This document shows, piece by piece, positions 49,970-60,149 of a DNA stretch of 64,000 nucleotides. Origin of the DNA: Planctomycetota bacterium (GTDB taxonomy: Bacteria; Planctomycetota; PLA2; JAEUHO01). The translations under genes were made by a program, and so were the position numbers. The stretch spans positions 1,312,001 through 1,376,000 of the forward strand of contig CBDCTJ010000007.1 of NCBI GenBank assembly GCA_965222115.1, given 5' to 3'. How positions within the stretch are numbered: the first letter of the stretch is position 1; every line of letters starts with the position of its first letter. The notes under the pieces were generated by a model. The model did no database searches. It saw only the letters and a program-made list of their open reading frames with translations, and had not been told where the DNA came from.

Positions 49970-51571
49970 ATGCCACGACATGAACGCGTTCATCACCGCG
50001 ATGCATTCGCCCCCCAAGGCGACTTCAATGAGCAGCTCTACCTTGCGCTCAAGCAGAGTCCCTGGTGGATGATCAGCATATTGCTCCACGTCGCCGTGTT
50101 CCTCATCGCCTCGATGTTTGCCAACGTCAAGGCCGATCCACCGCCCAAGAAGTTGATCCAGGCCTCTCACGTTGAAGAGTTCGAAGAAGAACCGCCCGAG
50201 ACGGAAGAGGACACCGAAGAAGTCCACGAGCAAGAGACCGTGGCCGAAGAGCCGGTGATCAAAGACGAAGAGATCGCCGACCACCCTGAGACCGACAACG
50301 ACCTTCCGTACGAAGAGTCTTTCGGTGAGTCAGAAGGCAACTCCGACGCCCCATTTGAAGGCCCGGCCAACAACGGCACCATCGGTATTGGCGGTGGCGG
50401 TGGCGGTGCGTTCAGGGGGCGCGGCGGTAGCAAAGACACTGGAACTGGCGGCGGTGGAAAGAAGAAGTTCGACGACGCTGTGGATGACGCCCTCAAGTGG
50501 CTCGCGGCGCACCAGAGCCCCAACGGTGGTTGGGAAGCGGCGGCGTTCCGCAACTGGTGTGACGGCAAGCTCGTCGATGACGAATCCAAGAAGCCCGACG
50601 GTGTTGGCAAAGCCCACTACGACCCGGGTGTTTCCGGTCTTTCGCTGTGTGCATTCCTGGGCGCGGGTTACACCAACCGCGGAAAGCACCCCTTCGCCCG
50701 CGTTGTGGGTAAGGGCTTGCGCTACTTGAAGAAGAAGCAGGACGCCGAAGGATGCTTTGGTCCTCGCTCCACGCAGCAATACACCTATAACCACGCGACG
50801 TGTTCCTTGGCCATGGTGGAAGCCTTCGGTATGACGGGCAGCGCGATCTACAAGAGTTCCGCGCAGAAGTGTCTCGACTTCATCGCGCTTTGCCGCAACC
50901 CCTACTTCGCTTGGCGTTACGGCATCCGCACGGGTGAGAATGACACGTCGGTTACGGGCTGGATGATGATGGCACTCAAGAGCGCTAGCCTAATCAACAA
51001 GTATGCGATCAAGCGCGGCAAGCCCGCTCCTCTCGTCTATGACGAGTCGGCGTTTGAGGGCATTCGGGCTTGGCTCGATAAGGTGACCGATCCCGACTAC
51101 GGTCGTGTGGGCTACGTCACCCGCGGCACGCCGCCGGCGCGACCGCCCGAGCTTCAGGACCGATTCCCGCCTGAAAAGTCCGAGTCAATGACGGGCGTGG
51201 GCATGTTGGCACGCATCTTCATGGGCGAGGACCCCCGCAAGAGCAAGATCATCAAGCTTGGTGCAGAACTCTGCCTCAAGACGGCGCCCACGTGGAACCC
51301 AAGCGATGGTTCCATCGACATGTACTACTGGTACTACGCCACGTTGGCCATGTTCCAGGCTGGCGGCAAGTACTGGAAGGGCTGGGAGTCGGCCATGACG
51401 AAAGCATTCCTCCCGTCTCAGCACAAGAAGACCACCTACTGCGAGCTCAAGGGCTCGTGGGATCCCATCGGCCCCTGGGGTCCCGATGGCGGTCGTGTCT
51501 ACAGCACGGCGGTGATGGCCATGTGCTTGCAGGTGCTCTATCGCTACGACAAGGTGATTGGTACGAAGTAG
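49970..51571 (+). CDS. Prenyltransferase/squalene-oxidase-repeat protein with TM anchor and acidic/Gly-rich linker
   Basis: WWMISILLH TM; WLAAHQSPNGGW, YNHA, DTSVTGW, YYWYYAT, GSWDP, GGRVYSTA. Confidence 0.88.
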   Translation: MPRHERVHHRDAFAPQGDFNEQLYLALKQSPWWMISILLHVAVFLIASMFANVKADPPPKKLIQASHVEEFEEEPPETEEDTEEVHEQETVAEEPVIKDEEIADHPETDNDLPYEESFGESEGNSDAPFEGPANNGTIGIGGGGGGAFRGRGGSKDTGTGGGGKKKFDDAVDDALKWLAAHQSPNGGWEAAAFRNWCDGKLVDDESKKPDGVGKAHYDPGVSGLSLCAFLGAGYTNRGKHPFARVVGKGLRYLKKKQDAEGCFGPRSTQQYTYNHATCSLAMVEAFGMTGSAIYKSSAQKCLDFIALCRNPYFAWRYGIRTGENDTSVTGWMMMALKSASLINKYAIKRGKPAPLVYDESAFEGIRAWLDKVTDPDYGRVGYVTRGTPPARPPELQDRFPPEKSESMTGVGMLARIFMGEDPRKSKIIKLGAELCLKTAPTWNPSDGSIDMYYWYYATLAMFQAGGKYWKGWESAMTKAFLPSQHKKTTYCELKGSWDPIGPWGPDGGRVYSTAVMAMCLQVLYRYDKVIGTK

Positions 51572-51608
51572 AAGAATCGAACAACAGGTCGATTCAAGCA
51601 TACGCGTT

Positions 51609-51645
51609 CGACGCGGGGTGATTCGCCCCGCGTCGTTTGCGTTTT
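51609..51645 (+). terminator. Intrinsic terminator
   Basis: CGACGCGGGG/CCCCGCGTCG 10-bp stem then TTTGCGTTTT. Confidence 0.8.
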
Positions 51646-51712
51646 GGGGAGTCGCGAGCACGCACCCTCGGCCACCGGTTGCGGCTGTAGAGGTTCGCGG
51701 TACACAGGACGC

Positions 51713-52903
51713 ATGCCAATCAGTCGCGCCATTGCCGATGCCATGAAGGGATCTTCGTGGATCCGAAAGATGTTTGAAGAGGGGATACGGCTCAAGGCGA
51801 AGTTGGGTGTGGACAAGGTGGCCGACCTGAGTCTTGGCAATCCCGTCATGGAGCCACCGCCAGCATTCAAGGCACGGCTCACAGAACTCGCTACGAGCAA
51901 CGACGCGGGCATGCACCGCTACATGCCAAATGCTGGCTTCCCCGCCGCACGCGAAGCCCTCGCGGCTTATCTCAGGCAGCGCACGGGCGTAGGGTACGAC
52001 GCAAGCGCCATCGTCATGACGGTGGGCGCCGGTGGCGGGCTCAACGTCATCATGAAAGGGTTGCTCGATCCTGGTGACGAAGTCATTTGCCTCACACCGT
52101 TCTTTGTGGAGTACCGCTTCTACATTACGAATCACGGCGGTGAGATGGTTCTGGTCCCTACGACCGACCAGTTCCTTCCCGACATCGACGCGATTCGCGC
52201 TGCGATCACGCCCCGCACGCGCGCCGTACTCGTCAACTCACCCAACAATCCAACGGGCGTGGTTTATGGAACAAGGGACTACGACGGGCTTGCTTCACTT
52301 CTGACGGAAGTGTCCAAAGAACACGGTCGCCCGATCTATCTCATTTCGGATGAACCCTACCGCGCCATTTCCTACGATGGCGTAGACGTCCCGTGGCCCG
52401 TGAAGCACTACGCCAATACGATTCACGTCACGTCGTTTTCCAAAGACTTGGCCATTCCCGGCGAACGCATTGGGTACATTGCCGTGAATCCAGCCACGGA
52501 ACACGGCGAAGAACTCGCGGGCGCATTCACGTTCGCCAATCGCATTTTGGGATTCGTCAACGCACCCGCGCTCCAGCAGCGGCTTGTGGCCGGTCTCCTC
52601 GAAACGCAGATTGACCTCTCCGGTTACGTCGCGAAGCGCAGACGACTACTCGACGCACTTACCGATTCCGGCTACGACTTCGTTCGACCCGATGGCGCGT
52701 TCTACCTCTTTCCACGCGTGCCCACCGCAGACGCAGACGACGTTGCCTTCGTAAAACTCTGCCTCGAAGAACGCCTCCTCGTTGTCCCCGGTTCCGGTTT
52801 CGGTTGCTCCGGCCACTTCCGCATGTCCTATGCGGTCCGCGATCTCGACATCGACTTAGCCGTTGAAGCCCTCAAACGCGTCATGAACCGCATTCGTAGC
52901 TAG
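51713..52903 (+). CDS. Class I/II PLP aminotransferase (aspartate aminotransferase-like)
   Basis: SWIRKMFEEG, NSPNNPTG, SDEPY, SFSK, PGERIGY. Confidence 0.92.
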   Translation: MPISRAIADAMKGSSWIRKMFEEGIRLKAKLGVDKVADLSLGNPVMEPPPAFKARLTELATSNDAGMHRYMPNAGFPAAREALAAYLRQRTGVGYDASAIVMTVGAGGGLNVIMKGLLDPGDEVICLTPFFVEYRFYITNHGGEMVLVPTTDQFLPDIDAIRAAITPRTRAVLVNSPNNPTGVVYGTRDYDGLASLLTEVSKEHGRPIYLISDEPYRAISYDGVDVPWPVKHYANTIHVTSFSKDLAIPGERIGYIAVNPATEHGEELAGAFTFANRILGFVNAPALQQRLVAGLLETQIDLSGYVAKRRRLLDALTDSGYDFVRPDGAFYLFPRVPTADADDVAFVKLCLEERLLVVPGSGFGCSGHFRMSYAVRDLDIDLAVEALKRVMNRIRS

Positions 52904-53006
52904 TCGTTTAGCATCTGTGCGTTCGTTCTTCGCGTTTGGCGTGTATACTGTCACTTCACACCGAGCCCGTTTCCGATCCGACCCGAATTCAGAGCGGAGC
53001 GCCGAT

Positions 53007-55307
53007 ATGGCAAGGGCGAGTATTCTATTTTGTGTGACGTTGATACTGAGTGCGTGTGGATCGAGCGATACGGCACTCGATGAAGGGCGTATTGCGGAAA
53101 ATGAAGCCCGGGCTTCTTCTGATTTGGCGTATCCAAATTTTCGAAGTTTGGAGCCATTGCCAACCGCGGCGCAGTCGATCGACGTAGTCATCGATCGAGA
53201 TGGCTACCTACGAATAGACGGCGAACCGGTTTCGCTTGATGCTTTCAACGATCAGCTCGTAAGACGTGTAAAGAACGTCGAACGCGAACACGATGGCGCA
53301 AGTCCCTTGTACGTCGTGCTTCATTTGGATCATGGAACATGCTGGCGAGTCGTTCAGTGGATCATGCAAGTGTGCGTGCGTCGGCCTCAGTCGCTCTACC
53401 GCATGGTGTTCGCAGGCCGCCAAGACGAGACGCAGCGAATTGGCGGCATCAGACTCGATCTCCCCAAAGACGGCAGGGTCCATCCACACTTCCCCGAAGA
53501 GTATCCATCGACGCAGCTTAAGTTCTTTGCACGCGCTGGCGAGATGGCTGACGCGAGTCATGCGGCTGCGTACTTGAGATTCCGGCGCGCGGTGTACGCC
53601 CTTGCGATTCGGAAACGGAAAGCCTATGAGGCCACAGGCAAGTCATGGTCGAGCGGGTTGACCGAGTTGATCTCGCCGCCTCTCGATGAGGGGCTTGTAC
53701 GAACGGGATACGTCTTGCAGGCGCTCGATGCCTTGCGATGGGCGGGGTACGGTGGAATCGTGTTTGAAGGACGAGCGTTCCCAGTCCCAGCAAAGCCAAA
53801 CGACGATGACGAAAAGGCGTCCAATTACTTAGGCAATCCGCGTACAGATGCACACGCATTCGCGCGTTATGCGCGCTCCCACGAAGACAATCACGTGTTG
53901 CTTAAGTTTGACGGCGAATACGCACTGCACTCGAAGGATGCGAATGGGCCGTCGCTTTCGAAGCGTTCGCTGATGGTGGATCCTCATGCGTTGAACGATG
54001 AAGAGCACGGCCCGAATCCTGTCGATGAACCAGAAGTCGAGCTGGACGATCCCGAAGAGAGTGTAGCGGTTACGCTCGATGGTGATTCTGTCGTTGATAG
54101 TTCAGTCGGACAAGCTCACAGTTATCGCCCGTTGGGCAGGTGGGTGTATCCATACGGCGCATTTCCCATGGGCGCGTTTCACTCACGTGAGGAGGCATCC
54201 TCAAGTCGATACTGCAAGCAAATCGACAACGCGCTTCGTTGGTTGGCGGCGCATCAGAGTGCAAATGGTGGCTGGGAGGCAGCAAATTTTGGAAAGTGGT
54301 GTGACGGCAAGTTGGTCGAAAGCGTAGACGAGAAAGCGGTTGGCGCCGGCAAACCCGCGTACGACGTCGGCGTTTCGGGACTTGCGCTGTGTGCGTTTTT
54401 GGGCGCTGGGTACACGAATCGCGGGAAACACCCGTATGCCCGCGTGATCGGCAGGGGACTGCGCAGCCTAAAGAAGATGCAAGATGCCGAAGGCTGTTTC
54501 GGCCCTCGAAGACCGGAACGATATCGCTACAACCACGCAGCATGTTCCCTCGCCATGGTCGAGGCGTACGGCATGACGCGAAGCGCGATCTATAGGTCAA
54601 GCGCTCAGAAGTCGCTCGACTATATCAAGCAGTGTCGTAACCCTCATGCTGCATGGTCGTATGGCATGCCGCCGTTTCGTAGCGATACGTCAACCACGGC
54701 GTGGATGGTCGCGGTTCTTCATAGTGCCGGCCGCCTGAATGGATACATGAAACGACGTGGACGTTCGGAGCCGTTAGAGATTGATGACGGCGCGCTCAAG
54801 GGAGTGCGGAAGTGGCTTGATAAAGTGACGGACGCCGAAACCGGTCGGGTCAAGTATCGTGTTGGTCTCTCAAGTGACGTACGGCCGCAAGAAAAGGCGT
54901 TTTCGCCGGACAAGACGGAGGCGACAACCGCCATCGGTATTCTCGCTCGCATCTACTCGGGTGAAGATCCGCGCAAGAGTGCAGTTATCAAGCATGGCAC
55001 GGCACTATGCCTCAAGAAGCTCCCGCGCTGGGACGCAAAGGGCAGTTCGGTGGAGGTCTACTATTGGTATTTCGCAACGCTTGCCATGTATCAGTTGGGC
55101 GGTGACAACTGGGGGACATGGAGCGTTGCGCTGGAGAAAGCACTGCTCCCCAATCAGCGAAATGACACCACCCATTGTGAGTTCAAAGGCTCCTGGAATC
55201 CCATCGGACCGTGGGGTGCCGATGGCGGGCGGGTGTATAGCACCGCGATGTTGGCGATGTGTCTTCAGGCGGCGTATCGGTACAGGCGGGTGTTTGCGAG
55301 GAAGTAG
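53007..55307 (+). CDS. Lipoprotein: ExbD-like domain fused to prenyltransferase-repeat barrel
   Basis: GGAG RBS, lipobox LSAC; IDRDGYLRIDGEPVSL...VVLHLD...WRVVQWIMQVC; C-terminal half paralogous to 49970-51571. Confidence 0.75.
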   Translation: MARASILFCVTLILSACGSSDTALDEGRIAENEARASSDLAYPNFRSLEPLPTAAQSIDVVIDRDGYLRIDGEPVSLDAFNDQLVRRVKNVEREHDGASPLYVVLHLDHGTCWRVVQWIMQVCVRRPQSLYRMVFAGRQDETQRIGGIRLDLPKDGRVHPHFPEEYPSTQLKFFARAGEMADASHAAAYLRFRRAVYALAIRKRKAYEATGKSWSSGLTELISPPLDEGLVRTGYVLQALDALRWAGYGGIVFEGRAFPVPAKPNDDDEKASNYLGNPRTDAHAFARYARSHEDNHVLLKFDGEYALHSKDANGPSLSKRSLMVDPHALNDEEHGPNPVDEPEVELDDPEESVAVTLDGDSVVDSSVGQAHSYRPLGRWVYPYGAFPMGAFHSREEASSSRYCKQIDNALRWLAAHQSANGGWEAANFGKWCDGKLVESVDEKAVGAGKPAYDVGVSGLALCAFLGAGYTNRGKHPYARVIGRGLRSLKKMQDAEGCFGPRRPERYRYNHAACSLAMVEAYGMTRSAIYRSSAQKSLDYIKQCRNPHAAWSYGMPPFRSDTSTTAWMVAVLHSAGRLNGYMKRRGRSEPLEIDDGALKGVRKWLDKVTDAETGRVKYRVGLSSDVRPQEKAFSPDKTEATTAIGILARIYSGEDPRKSAVIKHGTALCLKKLPRWDAKGSSVEVYYWYFATLAMYQLGGDNWGTWSVALEKALLPNQRNDTTHCEFKGSWNPIGPWGADGGRVYSTAMLAMCLQAAYRYRRVFARK

Positions 55308-55334
55308 CCCGCCGCTACCTCTATCATTCCCTGC

Positions 55335-55763
55335 GTGAATAACGAATCCAGTGACTGGCGGGCGGGCGATCATCGAGCGGCCTGGCAACGAGTGTTTCGG
55401 CGACTTCATGGCATGGATCCGCAGCGACGAGGTGACCTTGATCGATTTCGATTCGACATCGTTGATGTAGGTGACGACGGCGCGGATCTAGTCGTGCACG
55501 CCCGCTTTCGTAATGGTAAGCGTTACTGTTGCTATGACCCCGTCTGCAACTTTCGATCACTGTGGCGTGAGTGGGAGTCGTTTCGGGTTGCAATGGCGGA
55601 AGAATGTCTGGATCACTTGGCGCCCGTTAGAATTCTTGAGTGGCGGGTGACCGTGGAAGAAGGGGCTATGTTTGACCTCGGTGTTAGGGAATCAAAGCCC
55701 AGAATTATCGATGCACCATTTTGCTATAGGGCAGGGCCGTACCTAGAACCGGAACATGAGTGA
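55335..55763 (+). CDS. Hypothetical protein
   Basis: 142-aa ORF filling intergenic gap; no recognised motif. Confidence 0.45.
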   Translation: MNNESSDWRAGDHRAAWQRVFRRLHGMDPQRRGDLDRFRFDIVDVGDDGADLVVHARFRNGKRYCCYDPVCNFRSLWREWESFRVAMAEECLDHLAPVRILEWRVTVEEGAMFDLGVRESKPRIIDAPFCYRAGPYLEPEHE

Positions 55764-55783
55764 TTTGGCTGCGCCAGCGCGTT

Positions 55784-56059
55784 CTACCGCTGCCGTATGC
55801 GCCGTTCGATGACTTGGATGACCTTTCGAGTGGCCGGGTATTTGTGGCCGCGATGCGCGAGTACTTGTGCCTCTTTTTCGCTTGAGAGTTGGATCCATCT
55901 AAGGCCATCGGACGCTTCCTTGGTTATGGCAGCATCCTCGTGGTCCAAGAACGAGATGAGCTTTGTTCGAACACCTTCCAGATCGCCTCGATAGCAAAGC
56001 GCGGCACATGCTCGGCAGCGAAGAAGATCGTCGGGATCGTCTAGTGCGGCTTCAAGCAC
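55784..56059 (-). CDS. Short HEAT-repeat-like ORF, possibly a fragment
   Basis: ALDDPDDLLRCRACAAL, FLDHEDAAITKEA. Confidence 0.45.
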   Translation of the reverse strand: MLEAALDDPDDLLRCRACAALCYRGDLEGVRTKLISFLDHEDAAITKEASDGLRWIQLSSEKEAQVLAHRGHKYPATRKVIQVIERRIRQR

Positions 56060-56190
56060 GGCGACACAGTCACCCGCGAGCTCTGCATGATCGCCGCGGT
56101 TGGTCTAGACTGGCGACAGTGAGTCCCGCGAATAATCAAACCACCCATGATCGATCGAAGAGGCGCGCGCCGATTCGTAGGCGCAAATCG

Positions 56191-56469
56191 GTGCGAGAGT
56201 TGGTGGACGAGGAGAGCCAGAGAGAGGGCTCAGACCTCGGGCTGTTGGACGACTGGATCGCTTGGATGCCAGAGCTTTGCACTGTTCTCCTGGCACTCCT
56301 TGGCGTAGTCGCCTGGGGACCTCGCTTATGGGAGAACGTGTGGTACTTGTCGATTTACTTCACGATCGCGCTTGGCGTGCTTTGGTACCAGTGGGCTACA
56401 CGCAAGCGGCTACGAGAACGACTACACGCACGCCGTCAGGCGATGAGGAAACGACGGGCGAAACAATAG
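56191..56469 (+). CDS. Small two-TM membrane protein (start uncertain)
   Basis: Two hydrophobic helices and basic tail. Confidence 0.4.
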   Translation: MRELVDEESQREGSDLGLLDDWIAWMPELCTVLLALLGVVAWGPRLWENVWYLSIYFTIALGVLWYQWATRKRLRERLHARRQAMRKRRAKQ

Positions 56470-56558
56470 TGCTCGCGTGATTTCGCGCTAGGAGGTACAT
56501 CGGCGTGCCTGGCACCGATGCGTATGTGTTGCTCGTTTGCGTTGTCGTTTTTCGTGCG

Positions 56559-56819
56559 TTACATGCTTGCGATTTGGCGGGCGAGGCGGGCCTTTTTGTT
56601 GGCGGCGTTGTTGGCGTGGATCACGTTGTGGCCGGCGGCTTTGTCGATGCTGCTGAAGGCGACGGGAAGCAATGATTCGGCGCGCTTCTTGTCGCCGGCC
56701 TCAATGGCCTCTCGGACTTGACGCATGGTGCCGCGCATGCGGGAGCGGCGTTCCTTGTTGCGGAAAGCACGGCCGACATCCTGGCGGAGGCGTTTTTTGG
56801 AGGAAGCGTTGTTGGGCAT
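56559..56819 (-). CDS. rpsT: 30S ribosomal protein S20
   Basis: MPN..SSKKRLRQ, IDKAA, IHANNAANKKARL. Confidence 0.96.
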   Translation of the reverse strand: MPNNASSKKRLRQDVGRAFRNKERRSRMRGTMRQVREAIEAGDKKRAESLLPVAFSSIDKAAGHNVIHANNAANKKARLARQIASM

Positions 56820-56962
56820 GGGGCAGTCCTACGAATCGTGAGCGCAGGCGGAGCCTGCGGCAGCGGGGAACCGTAGCCGGGATCGCGGTCTTGGGCGCCT
56901 TTTTTTGGCGGTCTGAAGCATGCCAGACCGTCCTTCGGGTCCGGGATGCCAGGGGCTGCGGG

Positions 56963-58300
56963 TTATGAAAGAGCGCTCAGACGCTCCAATACGTCGCGAT
57001 AGCTGGCGTCTTCTTCGACGATGCTCTCGAAGATCTTACGGGCCTGGTCGTTGTCACCCTTGCGCTGGAGCAGGTCGGCGTAGTCGTAGTTGACTTCCTT
57101 GGCCTTGGGGCTGGTGAGCGTGGGGAAGCTTTCGGCGGCCTCCTCCAGCTTCTTCACAGCGAGCGTGAGGATGTTCTTACTTTCGAAGCATCGCGCTTGG
57201 TACTGGAGGCTCTGGACCTTGATATTCGGATCACGGACCGTCTGCTGGAACTCGGCCAGCGCTTCATCGACACGCCCGGCCTGAAGCAGCCACTGCCCGA
57301 GGCGATAGCGTTCGGCAAGATCCAACGGATGCTCGGCCACGCGACGCGCGTACTCTTTGATTGAGGCCTCGGTGAGCGTGTTCATCGCCGTTTCATAGGC
57401 CGATCTCAACGACGCGTCTTCGGGACTCGCGGTCATGGCCTTGCGAGCGGTACTTGCTGCTGTCTTCAATGGACGCAACTTAAGATCACCCAGGCGAACA
57501 CCCAAGTCGTAATTGTTGGGTTCAATCTCGAGCGCTTTCTCAAGACTTGCTACCGCCTCGTCTTCTTGACCACGCTGCAACTGCAACTCATGCAATCTCA
57601 CATACAGGCGAGGATTGGTCGCATCCTCTGCAATTTGCGCCTGCATCTTTGTAATTTCATCGGCTGCGTGTTCCGGCGTGAGTTGCATGCGCGATTCGGA
57701 TTCGAGGTCCTTGGCGGCTTGCTTGTCCTTAATCAACTCGCGGCTCGAACCCGCAGTCTCGTACCCAGAAATCTTTAGCGCACCCTCTGCAGCCAAGTTC
57801 TTGCGCAACTTCAATGCTTCTTGATCGCGGGGCTCAATGCGCACGGCTTCACTGAGCGCATCAAGAGCTTCTTTAATATCGCCCTTGCGACCCAAGGCCT
57901 CGCCCAGGCGCTTCCATGGTTCGTTGTCTTCCGGGTCGGCATCGGCGGCCTGCTTGAACGCGACAACACCCATCTGATAGGCAGCGGCGTCCATCGCGGC
58001 ATTGCCGAGCGCCATCAACGTGGCTTTGTCATCGGGCTTTTTGGCAAGCACGCGCAGGCACGACGCAATGCGTTTCTTGGGATCCCGCGTGGTGCCCGCG
58101 GAGAGCTTGGACAACGCGCCACCGAACAAACTTTTACCGCGCGTCTCGCGATACTTTTTGGCGGCCGTAAAGAAGACCGAAACCGTCTCCTCGTCATTGG
58201 GCGACAAAGAGAGGTACTCCTGGGCGATTTCAATCGCCAGGGGATATTGCTTGCGCCGGAGCGCGTCGCGAGCCTTGGTCTTGAGGTCTTGGATGCCCAT
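56963..58300 (-). CDS. Tetratricopeptide repeat protein
   Basis: Multiple TPR-like units; C-terminal SYRDVLERL. Confidence 0.85.
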   Translation of the reverse strand: MGIQDLKTKARDALRRKQYPLAIEIAQEYLSLSPNDEETVSVFFTAAKKYRETRGKSLFGGALSKLSAGTTRDPKKRIASCLRVLAKKPDDKATLMALGNAAMDAAAYQMGVVAFKQAADADPEDNEPWKRLGEALGRKGDIKEALDALSEAVRIEPRDQEALKLRKNLAAEGALKISGYETAGSSRELIKDKQAAKDLESESRMQLTPEHAADEITKMQAQIAEDATNPRLYVRLHELQLQRGQEDEAVASLEKALEIEPNNYDLGVRLGDLKLRPLKTAASTARKAMTASPEDASLRSAYETAMNTLTEASIKEYARRVAEHPLDLAERYRLGQWLLQAGRVDEALAEFQQTVRDPNIKVQSLQYQARCFESKNILTLAVKKLEEAAESFPTLTSPKAKEVNYDYADLLQRKGDNDQARKIFESIVEEDASYRDVLERLSALS

Positions 58301-58480
58301 GGGCGCTCCCTTGTTGTCATATAGAACGTCGGATCTTACAGACCCGCAGCCGGGCGGTCTATGCGGCGTCGCCTTCTCATTCGAACTGGATACTCAGCTT
58401 CCACAAATTGCGTCCACGGTTTGCGGGTGGCGGTCCGAAACCCGACGCGAGCCGTTTCCCGGGCCAGTACCATTTCAGCG

Positions 58481-59032
58481 ATGCAACTCGACCTCGTCCT
58501 ATGGCCCGATCCGATTCTCGCCGAACCCACCGCGCCCGTAGGCGAGGTCGGTGAGGACACACGCAAAATCGTGGCCGAAATGCGACGCATTATGTTTGAG
58601 CATCGTGGCGTGGGATTGGCGGGCCCACAAGTCGGCATCGGCCGCCAGATCATGTTGGTGTGTCCCACTGGAGAGATGGGCGACGAGACCGTGGTATTGG
58701 ATCCCGAGATTTTGTCCGCCAAAGGAAACGAGTCGGGCGACGAAGGCTGTTTGAGTCTGCCAGGCATTTACGTCCCCGTGGAGCGCGCCACGTCGATTCA
58801 GGTGCGCTATCGCGACATCAACGGTCGTACCCGCGAAACCAATCTTGAAGGCTTCCCGGCGCGCGTGTTTCAGCATGAGTACGACCATCTGCAGGGAACG
58901 ATGATCCTTGATCGTATGCCGAAGGATCCACCCAAGGACGTTGCGCGACAGATTCAAGCGCTCAAGGATGCCTACGCCGACGTGCAAGACAGTGCACCCA
59001 ACAGCAATCCGCCCAACGGTAGTACGGACTAA
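58481..59032 (+). CDS. def: Peptide deformylase
   Basis: GVGLAGPQVG, EGCLS, HEYDH. Confidence 0.96.
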   Translation: MQLDLVLWPDPILAEPTAPVGEVGEDTRKIVAEMRRIMFEHRGVGLAGPQVGIGRQIMLVCPTGEMGDETVVLDPEILSAKGNESGDEGCLSLPGIYVPVERATSIQVRYRDINGRTRETNLEGFPARVFQHEYDHLQGTMILDRMPKDPPKDVARQIQALKDAYADVQDSAPNSNPPNGSTD

Positions 59033-59035
59033 CGC

Positions 59036-59980
59036 GTGCGCATCTATGACGGGCTCGACGGCCTAGCGCCCAACGACTTTCGAAATGCCGTTGTCACCAT
59101 TGGCATGTTCGACGGACTGCATCGCGGCCATCAACACGTGCTCGCGTGTCTGACTGCGCAGGCGCAACAAGTGAAGGGCGAGTCGGTGGTCGTGTCGTTC
59201 GACACGCATCCAATGGCTGTTATTACCGGAGCGCCGCCACGACCGATTCTCTCTCGGCCCCTTCGATTGCGACTCTTGGATGCGCACGGCGTAGACGCCA
59301 CGCTCTTGTTGGCGTTTGACGAGACCATGCGCGCGATGAGCCATGAATCATTTGTGCGCGACATCTTGGTGAATCGCATTGGACTTCGTGGACTCGTGTT
59401 TGGCTACAACAGCAATTTCGGATTCGGCGGCCAGGGTACGCCGATCACCGTACGACCATTGGCCGAGAAACACGGATTTACGATATACGAGGCGCCCGCG
59501 GTCGATGTAGAGGATCGGCCCATTTCGAGCACACGCATTCGCGAAGCGATCGTGCTGGGTGAACTGGATGGAGCCGCGGATATGCTCGGTCGGCCCGTGT
59601 CTGTGATGGGTGCAGTCGTTCGTGGGGATGGTCGCGGGCGCACGCTTGGATTTCCTACGGCGAATATCGACGTGGGTTCAGTGGTCTTGCCGCCGAAGGG
59701 CGTATACCGCGTCGATGTAGAGATTGATGGTGCCGAGCACGATTCTGTTGCCAAGTATCAGGCGGTGGCCAACCTCGGAGAGCGGCCCACGTTCAAAGAG
59801 ACAACAACCGGTGGGCGTCCCGTGTTAGAAGTTCACATTCCCGGAGCGAGTCTTGATCTCTACGACAGGCTCGCGCTCGTCACCTTTCATTCAAAGATCC
59901 GTGACGAACAGAAGTTTGCGTCGGTCGATGAACTGCGCGCGCAGATCGAGCGCGATATTCGATCGCTATCCGTATGCTAG
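59036..59980 (+). CDS. ribF: Riboflavin kinase / FAD synthetase
   Basis: GMFDGLHRGH, ISSTRIR, GRTLGFPTAN, IRDEQKF. Confidence 0.96.
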   Translation: MRIYDGLDGLAPNDFRNAVVTIGMFDGLHRGHQHVLACLTAQAQQVKGESVVVSFDTHPMAVITGAPPRPILSRPLRLRLLDAHGVDATLLLAFDETMRAMSHESFVRDILVNRIGLRGLVFGYNSNFGFGGQGTPITVRPLAEKHGFTIYEAPAVDVEDRPISSTRIREAIVLGELDGAADMLGRPVSVMGAVVRGDGRGRTLGFPTANIDVGSVVLPPKGVYRVDVEIDGAEHDSVAKYQAVANLGERPTFKETTTGGRPVLEVHIPGASLDLYDRLALVTFHSKIRDEQKFASVDELRAQIERDIRSLSVC

Positions 59981-60073
59981 AGATACGAGGCGAGTCGACG
60001 CGTACGATTCACTTTCCTAGTCCGGACTAGCGAAATGGCAGTTGGCGCACGCCCCATTAATGGACATAAGAGA

Positions 60074-60149
60074 TGGTGGCTAGGCCCGGATTTGAACCGG
60101 GGACCCCTTGATTTTCAGTCAAGTGCTCTACCAACTGAGCTACCTAGCC
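60074..60149 (-). tRNA. tRNA-Phe(GAA)
   Basis: GGCTAGGTAGCTCAGTTGGTAGAGCA-CTTGA CTGAAAA TCAAG-...GGTTCAAATCC...CCTAGCCACCA. Confidence 0.97.

Noticed and set aside
49970-51571. Squalene-hopene cyclase
   Set aside because: Single barrel, no DxDD motif, long extracytoplasmic linker
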